From positions 1 to 38,877 of the forward strand of contig JBHELP010000051.1 of NCBI GenBank assembly GCA_046263035.1: DNA of 38,877 nt. The letters run 5' to 3'. Below, in pieces: positions 24,892 to 32,982 of the stretch. Below the pieces are notes generated by a model. The model saw only the letters and a program-made list of their open reading frames with translations, made no database searches and had not been told where the DNA came from. This DNA comes from Candidatus Dormibacteria bacterium (GTDB lineage: Bacteria; Chloroflexota; Dormibacteria; Aeolococcales; Aeolococcaceae). Position 1 is the stretch's first letter. Each line of letters starts with the position of its first letter. A program made the position numbers and the translations under genes.

Positions 24892-25367
24892 TGCTTCTCG
24901 CCCAGAGCGTCTCACCAACGGTCGTCCTTCTCATCGCCGGGGTCGCCTATGTGGGAGCCTTCTGGATCGCCCTGGCCTTCTTCGTCGTCCGCGACGCCCA
25001 ACGGCGGTCGACGTCGATCCTGTTCATCGTGTTCGCGGGGCTGCTGGGCTTCTTTCCACCCTTCCTCGGGGCTCTCATATACCGCATCATCCGGCCACCT
25101 CACACGATCGAGGAAGAGCGGAGCTTCGCTCTCGAAGAACAGGCTCTGCGCGACGCCACCATGGAGGAACCGCCGCTCCGGCCGTGTCCCACCTGCGGCC
25201 GTGAGAACGAACGGGACTTCGTCATCTGCCCGTACTGCCGAACCCAGTTCGCTCGCCAGTGTGGTGGCTGCGGCCGGGTACTGCGGCTGGGCTGGGATGT
25301 GTGTCCCTACTGCGCTGAAGAGGTGGGCGTGCATACGCTCCGGCGGCTGCACGGCTCGGCGTCGTAG
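24891..25367 (+). CDS. membrane protein with PLDc_N-like two-TM anchor and double zinc ribbon
   Basis: 158 aa. FWIALAFFVVRDAQRR...FPPFLGALIYRIIRP (PLDc_N-type pattern), then CPTCG...CPYC...CGGCG...CPYC. The ATG overlaps the valS stop (TGATG). Confidence 0.65.
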   Translation: MLLAQSVSPTVVLLIAGVAYVGAFWIALAFFVVRDAQRRSTSILFIVFAGLLGFFPPFLGALIYRIIRPPHTIEEERSFALEEQALRDATMEEPPLRPCPTCGRENERDFVICPYCRTQFARQCGGCGRVLRLGWDVCPYCAEEVGVHTLRRLHGSAS

Positions 25368-25399
25368 TCCCTCTCCGCCTCGCGGCGGCGCCGGCCCTG

Positions 25400-27085
25400 G
25401 TGCTGGCCACCGCCCTCATCGTCCGGGCCTTGCCAGATCGCGTTCTCCGCGCCGGCCGAGCTCTCTGTGCTCTTCTCACCGCCCTGTCACTGGCCGCCCT
25501 TCTGTGGGCCGCGGCCTCGGTGTTCTCAGGCGGCCACGTGGATCAGGTTCTCGGCGAGCCCGTCCCTGGCGTGGCTCTGGCTCTGCGCGCGGATGGCCCC
25601 GCGCTGGTCGTGGCCTGCCTCGCCTCCGTCGCAGCCCTCGTCGCGCTGGTCAATCCCAGGCTTCCCAGGAGTGATCTCTGCGGGCTCATGGTCTGCCTCC
25701 TGGGTGCGCTGATCTGCGCCCTGGCCGCCGGCCTGACCGGCCTCTTCGCCGGTTTGGAGGTGGGTAACCTGGGCGCGCTGTTGCTGATGGGCGGCGGCAG
25801 CCACAGGATGAGCCGGCGAGCGCTGGCCGCCTTCGCCGTGCAGCATGTCGCCTCACTGGGGGTGCTGGTCGTAGCTGTCGACCTCCAGGTGTCCCGGGGC
25901 AGCACGGACCTGGGGGCGCTGGCGGTGGTTCCGCTGGGCGCTGGGCAGCTCCTCCCGTGGCTGCTCGCGGGTTCCGTGAGGGTGCTGGCGCCGGCCGCCG
26001 GCGGGGACCCGGTGTACCGGCGCACCCACTTCGTCTGGATGGGGGTGGCTGCCGTACCCAGTGGGCTGGTGGTCCTCCTCAGGCTGGCCCAGGCTACAGA
26101 TGGGCACCTCATGGCGCCGCTGCCCCTGGTCGTAGGCCTGTGTGCGTCCACCGTCGCGCTGTACGGATCCCTCGTCGCTCTGCGCTGCCATCGTGAGGCG
26201 GCGGCCGCAGGCCGCGGCCTCTGTATCGCCACGTCCGGCATGACCGTGGCGGCATTCTCCGTCACCGGCGATGCCGGGCACGAGGCGCTGGCGGCGCTGG
26301 CGGTGGCCCTGGTCCTCAGTCTGATCAGCGCTCCCGCCTGGAACTCACGCCACATCACTGAGCGGGGCCGATGGCTTGCCGCCATGGGATTGCTGGCCGC
26401 CGGGGGCCTCCCCCTGGGGTTCGGGACAACCGCCGTTCTGCTTGGTCTCGACGCCGTCACCTTCCGCGGGCTTCCCGGCGCGCTTCTGCTCCTGCTGCTG
26501 GGACCCTCCGCCGCCCTTGCGGGCGTGGCCGCCGGCCTTGCCGCCCGTCACCGCCTCACGGCCTTGATCCCAAACCCGGATGACGAGCCTCCCCCCCCGG
26601 TCAGATGGGAGGGGGGTGTCGGCCTGGCGCTCTCCTGTGCCGGGGCCCTGCTCCCGGGCCTCGCCGTGAGCTGGGTCGTCGGGCCGCTCGCGGGCGCCGA
26701 TGTCGCCGCCACCGATGCTGGGGCTGTGCGGGGACCGGGAGGAGGATGGAGCGGCGGGTACGTGGCTGCGGCCGTCATCCTGGCGCTGGCCATGGTGGGC
26801 TCGGCACTGGTCCTCATCGGCGCTCTCCCCCGTGCGGCTAGACACCTGCACAGCCCCGTCGGGGGTCATCCGCGCCCATCGGGTGCAACGTCTCGCCGCC
26901 GCACTGCGACCCCCCGGACAGCTGATGGTTCATCACCCGGACACCTGCGCGGCTGGGATGCGCCGCTCGTCTGGCTCGGTGCGGCACGTCGCCACGTGAT
27001 CATTGTCGACAGGTGGCTGGTGGGGCAGCCGCAACTGCTCTGGGTGCTGGCCGGCATCGCGGTCTCCGCCTTCATGCTGCGATGA
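25400..27085 (+). CDS. polytopic membrane protein, degenerate NuoL/M/N-MrpD-HyfB-type antiporter-like subunit (tentative)
   Basis: 561 aa, Ala/Leu/Gly-rich with many TM helices. The motif order resembles Proton_antipo_M: LALRADGPAL, GLFAGLEVGNLGALLLMG, ALYGSLVALRCHREAAAAGRGLCIATSG, GLLAAGGLPLGFG. Several canonical charged residues appear to be replaced. Confidence 0.45.
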   Translation: MLATALIVRALPDRVLRAGRALCALLTALSLAALLWAAASVFSGGHVDQVLGEPVPGVALALRADGPALVVACLASVAALVALVNPRLPRSDLCGLMVCLLGALICALAAGLTGLFAGLEVGNLGALLLMGGGSHRMSRRALAAFAVQHVASLGVLVVAVDLQVSRGSTDLGALAVVPLGAGQLLPWLLAGSVRVLAPAAGGDPVYRRTHFVWMGVAAVPSGLVVLLRLAQATDGHLMAPLPLVVGLCASTVALYGSLVALRCHREAAAAGRGLCIATSGMTVAAFSVTGDAGHEALAALAVALVLSLISAPAWNSRHITERGRWLAAMGLLAAGGLPLGFGTTAVLLGLDAVTFRGLPGALLLLLLGPSAALAGVAAGLAARHRLTALIPNPDDEPPPPVRWEGGVGLALSCAGALLPGLAVSWVVGPLAGADVAATDAGAVRGPGGGWSGGYVAAAVILALAMVGSALVLIGALPRAARHLHSPVGGHPRPSGATSRRRTATPRTADGSSPGHLRGWDAPLVWLGAARRHVIIVDRWLVGQPQLLWVLAGIAVSAFMLR

Positions 27086-27729
27086 GTCAGACGGGCCTCG
27101 CCATGCTGGGATTTGCCGCCGGGATGATCTCGATCATCGTCGACGGACGCCACGCGGTGGTGATCGCCGGCATGGCCGTGGCCGTCGGCCTGGTGCCCAC
27201 CGCCGCCGTCCAAGGCGGCGATCCCGCCGTGATCATGCTGCTGGTGGCCGCCGCCGCCACCGGCGTTCTCAGCTTCATCTCGACATGGCTGGCACGACGG
27301 AGCAGCTGGGTCGCCGGCCTTGACCCCCTGGTGCCCGCGGTATCACCAGGTCAGCAGCTCTTCGGGCCCCGAAGCGTCCGGGTGGCTGCGGGCGCTGTGG
27401 CCGCGCCGGCAGCATCCTGGGCGAGCTTCAATGTGCCGGTGGGGGATGTCACCATCGTGGCGGGGCTTCTCTTTGCCATCGCCTACATCTGGCTCTGTGG
27501 TGCGGCGCGTCTCCTCGTGGCCAGGACGCTGGAGGACCTTGCCGTGGCCACTGTCATGGTATGCCTCTCCAGCGCCGTGGCCTGGGTGCTCCGCGGCGGT
27601 CCCAGCGCGCTGGCCGAGGCCTCCTGCCTGGCAGCGCTGGCGCCGCTGGCCGGCCTGACGGCGGGATGGTTGGCCGGTCGCCACCACCGACGCCAGGCCA
27701 CCGGCGGCGCTGCCACCGAGAGCGCGTGA
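27082..27729 (+). CDS. polytopic membrane protein (HyfE/HycP-like in size; unassigned)
   Basis: 215 aa from ATG27082, which overlaps the upstream stop (ATGA). About 6 hydrophobic helices. The central QQLFGP segment is reminiscent of HyfE, a weak similarity. Confidence 0.4.
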   Translation: MSQTGLAMLGFAAGMISIIVDGRHAVVIAGMAVAVGLVPTAAVQGGDPAVIMLLVAAAATGVLSFISTWLARRSSWVAGLDPLVPAVSPGQQLFGPRSVRVAAGAVAAPAASWASFNVPVGDVTIVAGLLFAIAYIWLCGAARLLVARTLEDLAVATVMVCLSSAVAWVLRGGPSALAEASCLAALAPLAGLTAGWLAGRHHRRQATGGAATESA

Positions 27730-27751
27730 AACCGACGGTGCTCTGCGCCAC

Positions 27752-29053
27752 GTGGTCGGGGGGGCATGCTCACCGCTTGCATGCGGCTGGGGCGGTCGCC
27801 GCTCGGGCCTCGTGACTCCTCTGCTGGTCTGCGCCGTGTGGCTGTGCGCCGGGCTGGCCGGTGCGCCCCTGCTGCGGCGCGTCCGTCACCGCCGCGCATC
27901 AGCCTTCATACCGGTGCTTGCGGCTGCCGCCGTTGGGCTCACCTCCGTTCAGCGGCTGTGGCCGGGACCGGCCGGGAGAGGCGGTGGTCTGGTCCTGGGA
28001 AGGCCCGGCGCCGGCCTGCTCATCCTGTCGGGACTTGCCCTCGCCGCGGCGGTGGCAATCAGCCCCACCGTGGGCGGGGACGAGATGATACCGGGGGCGG
28101 TCGTAGGCGCCGCCATGGCCATCGTCCTCTCCGCCACCTCGCCGCTCATATGGGCGGCCGCCATCGCGCTCGCCGTGGGGGCTCTGGTGGTGCGCTGGCT
28201 GGCGGTGGCTCCGGGCCGATCGGCCCTGGCCGCGGGCCGCGTGGCGGGCGTTGGTGCCGCCGCCCTCGTGGGGTCGGCACCATTCCTTGCCACAGCCGCT
28301 CCTGATACAGCTCCGCGCTCGCTCCTGGCCGGCACACTGCTCGCGGTGGGGGTCGCCGCCGTCCTTGCAGTGGTTCCCCTGGGCGGATGGGCTGCCGGCT
28401 GCCTGGCCACACTGCGAGCCCTCGATTTCGCTCCCTGGGTGATCCTGCTGACCCCCGCCGTGCTCATCAGCACCCCAGCGCTGATGTCGGGTCTGAGTCC
28501 CCAGACCCGGGAGACATGTGGCCGCCTGCTGCTGATCGCCGGTCTGGCGGGAGCCGTGTGGGGAGGCGTTGTGGTCCTGGCCGCCGGATCCCGGGGCCGC
28601 TACGGCCGCGTGCTGCTGGCCGATCTGGCACTGGGAGTGGCCGCATTGGGAACAGGTCAGGCCGCGGCGGCCTCCGCCATCCTGCTGCTGATCCTGGTTC
28701 ATCTGTGCGCGGCTCCTCTGCTGCTCCATACCGATCTCCGAGGGGTTGACGTCCCTCGCCGCCTGACCTGGCTGGCGCTGAGCGGAGTACCACTGACTCC
28801 TGGCTTCTGGGCACGCTTCCTGGTTCTGGAGGCCTGTGCCGCCGGAGGGGGACCGGCGGTCGTCGCCGCAGCCGCCGCAGCGGCGATGATCCTGGTCGCC
28901 TCGGTGGCAGTCGTCCTGAGCGGGGCATCAAGCTCTGGAGCGTTGCCGATTACCCGGGGGGGGCGGTGGGTGGCCTGGGCGGCGGCTTTGGGCTCGCTCG
29001 CCTTGGGTTTTGCGCCGCAGGCAGTCTCCCGGCTTGTTTTCGGGACCGCCTGA
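27752..29053 (+). CDS. polytopic membrane protein, degenerate NuoN/MrpD/HyfF-type antiporter-like subunit (tentative)
   Basis: 433 aa. AVVPLGGWAAG sits where the canonical K..PFH.W.PD would be. GRVLLADLALGVAALG sits where KR.LAYSSI.H.G would be. LALSGVPLTPGFWARFLVLEA sits where LSLAGIPP..GF.GKF would be. The start could instead be GTG27812. Confidence 0.5.
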   Translation: MVGGACSPLACGWGGRRSGLVTPLLVCAVWLCAGLAGAPLLRRVRHRRASAFIPVLAAAAVGLTSVQRLWPGPAGRGGGLVLGRPGAGLLILSGLALAAAVAISPTVGGDEMIPGAVVGAAMAIVLSATSPLIWAAAIALAVGALVVRWLAVAPGRSALAAGRVAGVGAAALVGSAPFLATAAPDTAPRSLLAGTLLAVGVAAVLAVVPLGGWAAGCLATLRALDFAPWVILLTPAVLISTPALMSGLSPQTRETCGRLLLIAGLAGAVWGGVVVLAAGSRGRYGRVLLADLALGVAALGTGQAAAASAILLLILVHLCAAPLLLHTDLRGVDVPRRLTWLALSGVPLTPGFWARFLVLEACAAGGGPAVVAAAAAAAMILVASVAVVLSGASSSGALPITRGGRWVAWAAALGSLALGFAPQAVSRLVFGTA

Positions 29054-29790
29054 TGGACCCGCTGGGCATCCTGCTCGCCACCGCGGCCCTCGCGATCTAC
29101 CCGGGAGGGCTCTTCCTCTGCGCCGCCGCCGCCATCGCTGCCTGGGCCGGCCGCCTGCCCCCCGCGGGCGCGCCATGGACGGCACCGGAGGCGCTTGGCT
29201 GCACGCTCTCGCTCGTCGCCGTCTCCCTGGTTCCCCTTGCCGCCTCGCCTGCCCAGGTGCTTCCCCCCGGCAGCGGGGCGGCGGGCAATGCCGCCGTGGT
29301 GTTGACCCTGATGGCGGCAGCGGTCGCCCTGGTCACCCCGGCGCCGTGGCGGCCGGCTCAAATCATCAGCGGAGTGGGCTGCCTGGTGGCCGCCCTGGCG
29401 CTTGCCGCTGCAACGTCCACGCTGGCCCTGCCCACCGTCGTGGCCATCCCCGGCGATGCGGTGGCAGCTGCCCGGATGCTCGCCGGTGGAGCACTGCTCA
29501 TGGCGGCGCCGCTGCTGGTGCCGCCCGGTGATCGAGGCGTCGCCAGACCAGCTCGCGCGGTGGTGGGCGCATCGCTGACGGTCCTGGCGCTCAGCCTGTT
29601 CGTTCCCGCAGCCCTCAGCGGCCGCCCCCCGTGGCTGACAGCTCCCGTCATCCTTGTGTCCGTGGGCCTCCACTTCGGCCTCCAGCACAGGTTGCGAGCG
29701 TTGTGGGCAGGGGGCCGGATCGCCGCGGCCGGGCTGTCCATCACCCTGGCGGCGTCGGCCGTTGTGCTCGCGCTACTGTCGGGCGCGTGA
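29053..29790 (+). CDS. polytopic membrane protein (unassigned)
   Basis: 245 aa from ATG29053, which overlaps the upstream stop (TGATG). About 7 hydrophobic helices and no recognisable motif. Its stop overlaps the maf start. Confidence 0.4.
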   Translation: MDPLGILLATAALAIYPGGLFLCAAAAIAAWAGRLPPAGAPWTAPEALGCTLSLVAVSLVPLAASPAQVLPPGSGAAGNAAVVLTLMAAAVALVTPAPWRPAQIISGVGCLVAALALAAATSTLALPTVVAIPGDAVAAARMLAGGALLMAAPLLVPPGDRGVARPARAVVGASLTVLALSLFVPAALSGRPPWLTAPVILVSVGLHFGLQHRLRALWAGGRIAAAGLSITLAASAVVLALLSGA

Positions 29791-30446
29791 CCACCGTTCT
29801 CCTCGCCTCCTCGAGCCCTCGACGCACAGAGTTGCTCCGGCGCGCGGGTCTCCCGCACACCGTGGTGGCGCCGGCGGAGGACGTGATCCCTCCGAGATCG
29901 CTGTCCGCTGACGATGCCGTCGGGCTGATCGCGCGGGCAAAGGCCGAGGACGTGGTTGGCCAGGCCCCGGCGGGCAGCTTTGTGATCGGGGCCGACACCA
30001 TGGTGGTGGGCCCTGGAGGGCCGCTTGGCAAGCCACACACGGCACAACGTGCCCGCCGGATGCTCGCCGAGCTGCGTGGTCGGCGGCATGTGGTCCTCAC
30101 CGGCGTGTGTGTGCTCACTCCCGGGGGGATCGAGGCTTCTGGGGTTAGCCGCTCCCAGGTGACCATGAGGAACTTCTCGGATCGGGAGATCGACGCCTAC
30201 GTGGACGGCGGGGAGCCACTGGACAGGGCCGGCGCCTATGCCGTCCAGGGAGGTGGAGGCGAGCTCATCGAGGTGGTCCAGGGACGGCTGGACACGGTGG
30301 TCGGCCTCGACGTGGCCATGACCTTTGACCTGCTCAGCCGTTGCGGTTACGGAGAGCGTCTTGCGAGGCCCGACGACCTGACCATCCCCCTCCGCGGCAC
30401 CGGGCAGATGGTTCGCTCCGGGGAGAGGCCCGGCACTCCGATCTGA
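29787..30446 (+). CDS. maf: Maf-like nucleoside triphosphate pyrophosphatase
   Basis: 219 aa from GTG29787 (GTGA overlap). LLASSSPRRTELL, IGADTMV, GKP, and EPLDRAGAYAVQG. Confidence 0.85.
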   Translation: MTTVLLASSSPRRTELLRRAGLPHTVVAPAEDVIPPRSLSADDAVGLIARAKAEDVVGQAPAGSFVIGADTMVVGPGGPLGKPHTAQRARRMLAELRGRRHVVLTGVCVLTPGGIEASGVSRSQVTMRNFSDREIDAYVDGGEPLDRAGAYAVQGGGGELIEVVQGRLDTVVGLDVAMTFDLLSRCGYGERLARPDDLTIPLRGTGQMVRSGERPGTPI

Positions 30447-30463
30447 GAACGGTGGCCTGACCC

Positions 30464-31435
30464 GTGTTCGCCGCATCGCTGACCAAGCGCCGACGCTTGC
30501 GTCGCCTGCGACCGGTGGGATGGCGCCGCGTCGCCCGGTTGCCATTGATCCTGATGGTCGCTGTCAACCTCCCCGGGGTGCTGTCCGGCTGCGGCAGCGC
30601 CGCCACGACGCAGCTGTCCACCACGGTCGAGGCCGCCACCAAGGGGGCGGTGAAGCCGGGCGACACGCCGACGTACAAGGTGGTGGTGACCAATAACGGT
30701 CCCGGCCTGGCCACGGGGGTCAACCTCCATGTCGACCTTCCCGCCGAGTTCCTCTACAAGACGACCATCTCCATCGCGGGGGAGGCTGCTCGGACCCAAC
30801 CCGTGGACCCTGATGTGCACAGCCCTCGGCCGGAGTGGGGGGTCTGGAGCATCGCCGCCCCGCGGATCAACGAGGACGGCACACGGCATACCTCCGACAT
30901 GGTTCTCACCTTTGTCGCCGATGTGAATGGCAAGCCCGGCAACTACAACTTGAAGGCCCGGGCCACCGGCGACAACGCCGAGGATGAGGCAGCCGCCCCG
31001 CCGCTTGCGGTGGAGCTGTCTTCGGCGCCGGACGTGGCCATGACGGTGAGCGTCAGCCCGGGCAACGTGCATCCGAACCTCGAGGTGACCTACACCGTCG
31101 CCATTCAGAACAAGGGGACCGCCGCCTCGAGCGGGGTGGCGGTGTTGGTCACCCTCCCCCCGGTCCTCGGTTACTCGGCCACCACCAACATCTCCGGCAA
31201 CTTCTCTCGGACGCAGGCGATCGATCCCATCAAGAACACGGGAGTGGCCTTTTTCAGCGGGTTCTCGATACCACCGGCAAGCGACTCCGGACCGGGAACG
31301 CTGAACATAATCTTCCGGGCCAGATGCGCGAAGACTGCCGCCTTCGGCAGCTTCCCCGTCAGCGCCCAGGTCACCGACAGCGCGGGCACGGTGCTCTCGG
31401 TCCGCGACACCAGCCCCGTCCAGGTCATTCCCTAG
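30464..31435 (+). CDS. lipoprotein with two DUF11-type repeat domains
   Basis: Lipobox LSGC follows a basic n-region. Two copies of the DUF11 pattern are present: GDTPTYKVVVTNNGPGLATGVNLHVDLPAEF and LEVTYTVAIQNKGTAASSGVAVLVTLPPVL. Confidence 0.6.
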   Translation: MFAASLTKRRRLRRLRPVGWRRVARLPLILMVAVNLPGVLSGCGSAATTQLSTTVEAATKGAVKPGDTPTYKVVVTNNGPGLATGVNLHVDLPAEFLYKTTISIAGEAARTQPVDPDVHSPRPEWGVWSIAAPRINEDGTRHTSDMVLTFVADVNGKPGNYNLKARATGDNAEDEAAAPPLAVELSSAPDVAMTVSVSPGNVHPNLEVTYTVAIQNKGTAASSGVAVLVTLPPVLGYSATTNISGNFSRTQAIDPIKNTGVAFFSGFSIPPASDSGPGTLNIIFRARCAKTAAFGSFPVSAQVTDSAGTVLSVRDTSPVQVIP

Positions 31436-31564
31436 TTGAACGGCCCCCCGGGGTCCTGAACTCGTCGCCGTGAGCGTACGTGAGAGCCCCTCACCAGCGG
31501 TCGGTCAAAGCGGCAGGCGGGACGTTGCCGCCCGGGCAGTGGCGGGGCCGTCGTGGTCATGTGC

Positions 31565-31570
31565 TACCCT
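31565..31570 (+). promoter_or_regulatory. candidate -10 box (TACCCT) inside the lys-cluster leader
   Basis: Part of the 17-mer TACCCTGACCCGGGATG, which is identical to the leuS -10/start region. It lies 117 nt upstream of the terminator hairpin. Confidence 0.3.
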
Positions 31571-31578
31571 GACCCGGG

Positions 31579-31671
31579 ATGTTCACGCTCGTTGCACCGT
31601 CCAAACTCAGCTCACCAAAAACGGGTGGGCCATCCACGACGTGCACGGTGGGGAAACGCGCTCAGGCGTAG
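31579..31671 (+). other. candidate 30-codon leader ORF (MFTLVAPSKLSSPKTGGPSTTCTVGKRAQA)
   Basis: The ATG has the same context as the leuS ATG. It contains three AAA Lys codons, and its stop lies 15 nt before the terminator stem. Codon usage is atypical, so this is speculative. Confidence 0.2.
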
Positions 31672-31686
31672 TCATCCTCCAGTCGT

Positions 31687-31718
31687 AGGGCCCTCTCTCC
31701 AGCAGGGCCCTTTTTTTT
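31687..31718 (+). terminator. intrinsic terminator / attenuator hairpin
   Basis: AGGGCCCT (31687-31694) pairs with AGGGCCCT (31704-31711) across a 9-nt loop, followed by T8 (31711-31718). The hairpin lies 22 nt upstream of the leuB-type ATG. Confidence 0.7.
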
Positions 31719-31740
31719 GTCCAATTACCCAGGAAGAATC

Positions 31741-32982
31741 ATGACCATCACCCACACTCCCGATCGACGGGTCGTCGTCCTACCGGGGGACGGCGTCGGC
31801 CCCGAGGTCACCCGCGCCGCCGAGGCGGTGCTCATCCAGGCCGTCCGTTCGGCAGGTGCCGGCCTGGCTGTCGACCATCGCCTGATCGGCGGCGCGGCCA
31901 CGGACGAGGAGGGAACGGCCCTCTCGGACGCCACCCTCGAGGCCTGCAGATCCGCGGACGCCATCCTGTTAGGGGCCGTCGGTGGGCCGCGCTGGGATGA
32001 TCGTCGAGACCACACGCGACCCGGTGCCGGTCTGCTCCGGCTGCGCCGCGAGCTGGGAGCCTTCATCAACCTTCGTCCTGTAACCGTGAATCCGGCGCTG
32101 GCCGGCCGTTCGTCCCTGCGTCCCGAGATCGTCGGGGGAGTCGATCTCATCTTCGTCCGCGAGCTCACCGGCGGCATCTACTTCGGTGCCAAGAGCCGCA
32201 CCGGCTCCGGGGCCGAGGAGACGGCCGCCGACACCATGGTGTACAGCCGGGCGGAGATCCAGCGCACCGTCCGCTGGGCCTTCGAGCTGGCCCGAACCAG
32301 GCGGCGGCGGCTGACGTCGGTGGACAAGGCCAACGTGCTCACCACCAGCCGGCTCTGGCGGGATGTGGTCGATGAGCTGGCTCCCGCCTACCCTGATGTC
32401 GAGCTTGATCACCAGCTGGTGGACAGCTGCGCGATGCGGCTGCTCCGGGCTCCCCGCGACTTCGATGTCGTGGTGACCGAGAACATGTTCGGCGACATCC
32501 TCAGCGATGAGGCCTCCATGCTGTGCGGTTCGCTGGGGATGCTTCCATCGGCCAGCCTGGGCGGCGCGACCGGCCTCTACGAGCCCGTCCACGGCAGTGC
32601 CCCCGACATTGCCGGCGGCGATGTCGCCAACCCTCTCGGCGCCATTCTCAGCGTTGCCCTCCTGCTCGACCACTCGCTGGCCCTGCCAGAGGCGGCAGCG
32701 TCTGTGCGGGAGGCGGTCGACACCGTCATCGCCTCCGGCATCCTTCCCGCGGACCTCGGTGGCACAGCGGGCACCAGCCAGACAGGGGAGGCGGTCCTGG
32801 CCGCGCTGGCGTCACCGGCGTCCGCCGACCATACGGCCGGAGACCGCTCCTCGGGTTCCGCCGCAGCTTCCGCGGCGTTGACCGATCACACCGCGGGCGT
32901 CCCCTACTCTGGTCCCACGGCAGCCCGCAGCTCGGTTCGGGGAGCCGGGACCACCAGCGCCGGCGTGGGAATCCCGTCATGA
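31741..32982 (+). CDS. leuB: 3-isopropylmalate-type (homo)isocitrate-family dehydrogenase with 57-aa low-complexity tail
   Basis: AGGAAG 5 nt upstream of ATG31741. [50 protein letters not shown] and HGSAPDIAG are closer to LeuB than to Thermus HICDH as I recall them. Its position suggests it serves the AAA lysine pathway. Confidence 0.8.
   Translation: MTITHTPDRRVVVLPGDGVGPEVTRAAEAVLIQAVRSAGAGLAVDHRLIGGAATDEEGTALSDATLEACRSADAILLGAVGGPRWDDRRDHTRPGAGLLRLRRELGAFINLRPVTVNPALAGRSSLRPEIVGGVDLIFVRELTGGIYFGAKSRTGSGAEETAADTMVYSRAEIQRTVRWAFELARTRRRRLTSVDKANVLTTSRLWRDVVDELAPAYPDVELDHQLVDSCAMRLLRAPRDFDVVVTENMFGDILSDEASMLCGSLGMLPSASLGGATGLYEPVHGSAPDIAGGDVANPLGAILSVALLLDHSLALPEAAASVREAVDTVIASGILPADLGGTAGTSQTGEAVLAALASPASADHTAGDRSSGSAAASAALTDHTAGVPYSGPTAARSSVRGAGTTSAGVGIPS

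Noticed and set aside
23725-24918. 397-aa minus-strand ORF
   Set aside because: Antisense to valS.
25543-26460. 305-aa minus-strand ORF (and 28699-29688, 27899-28729 on the minus strand)
   Set aside because: Antisense to the polytopic membrane genes, with Arg/Pro/Ala/Ser-rich shadows. The plus frames show TM periodicity and start/stop coupling.
31436-31686. Canonical lysine (L-box) riboswitch
   Set aside because: I could not recognise the conserved L-box core elements by eye, so I do not claim one. An Infernal scan is still needed (see the leader finding).
31470-31688. 72-aa ORF filling the lys-cluster leader
   Set aside because: About 30% of its codons end in A/T, unlike genes in this window. 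It has no SD or motif, and its stop merely coincides with the terminator foot. I treat it as non-coding leader sequence.
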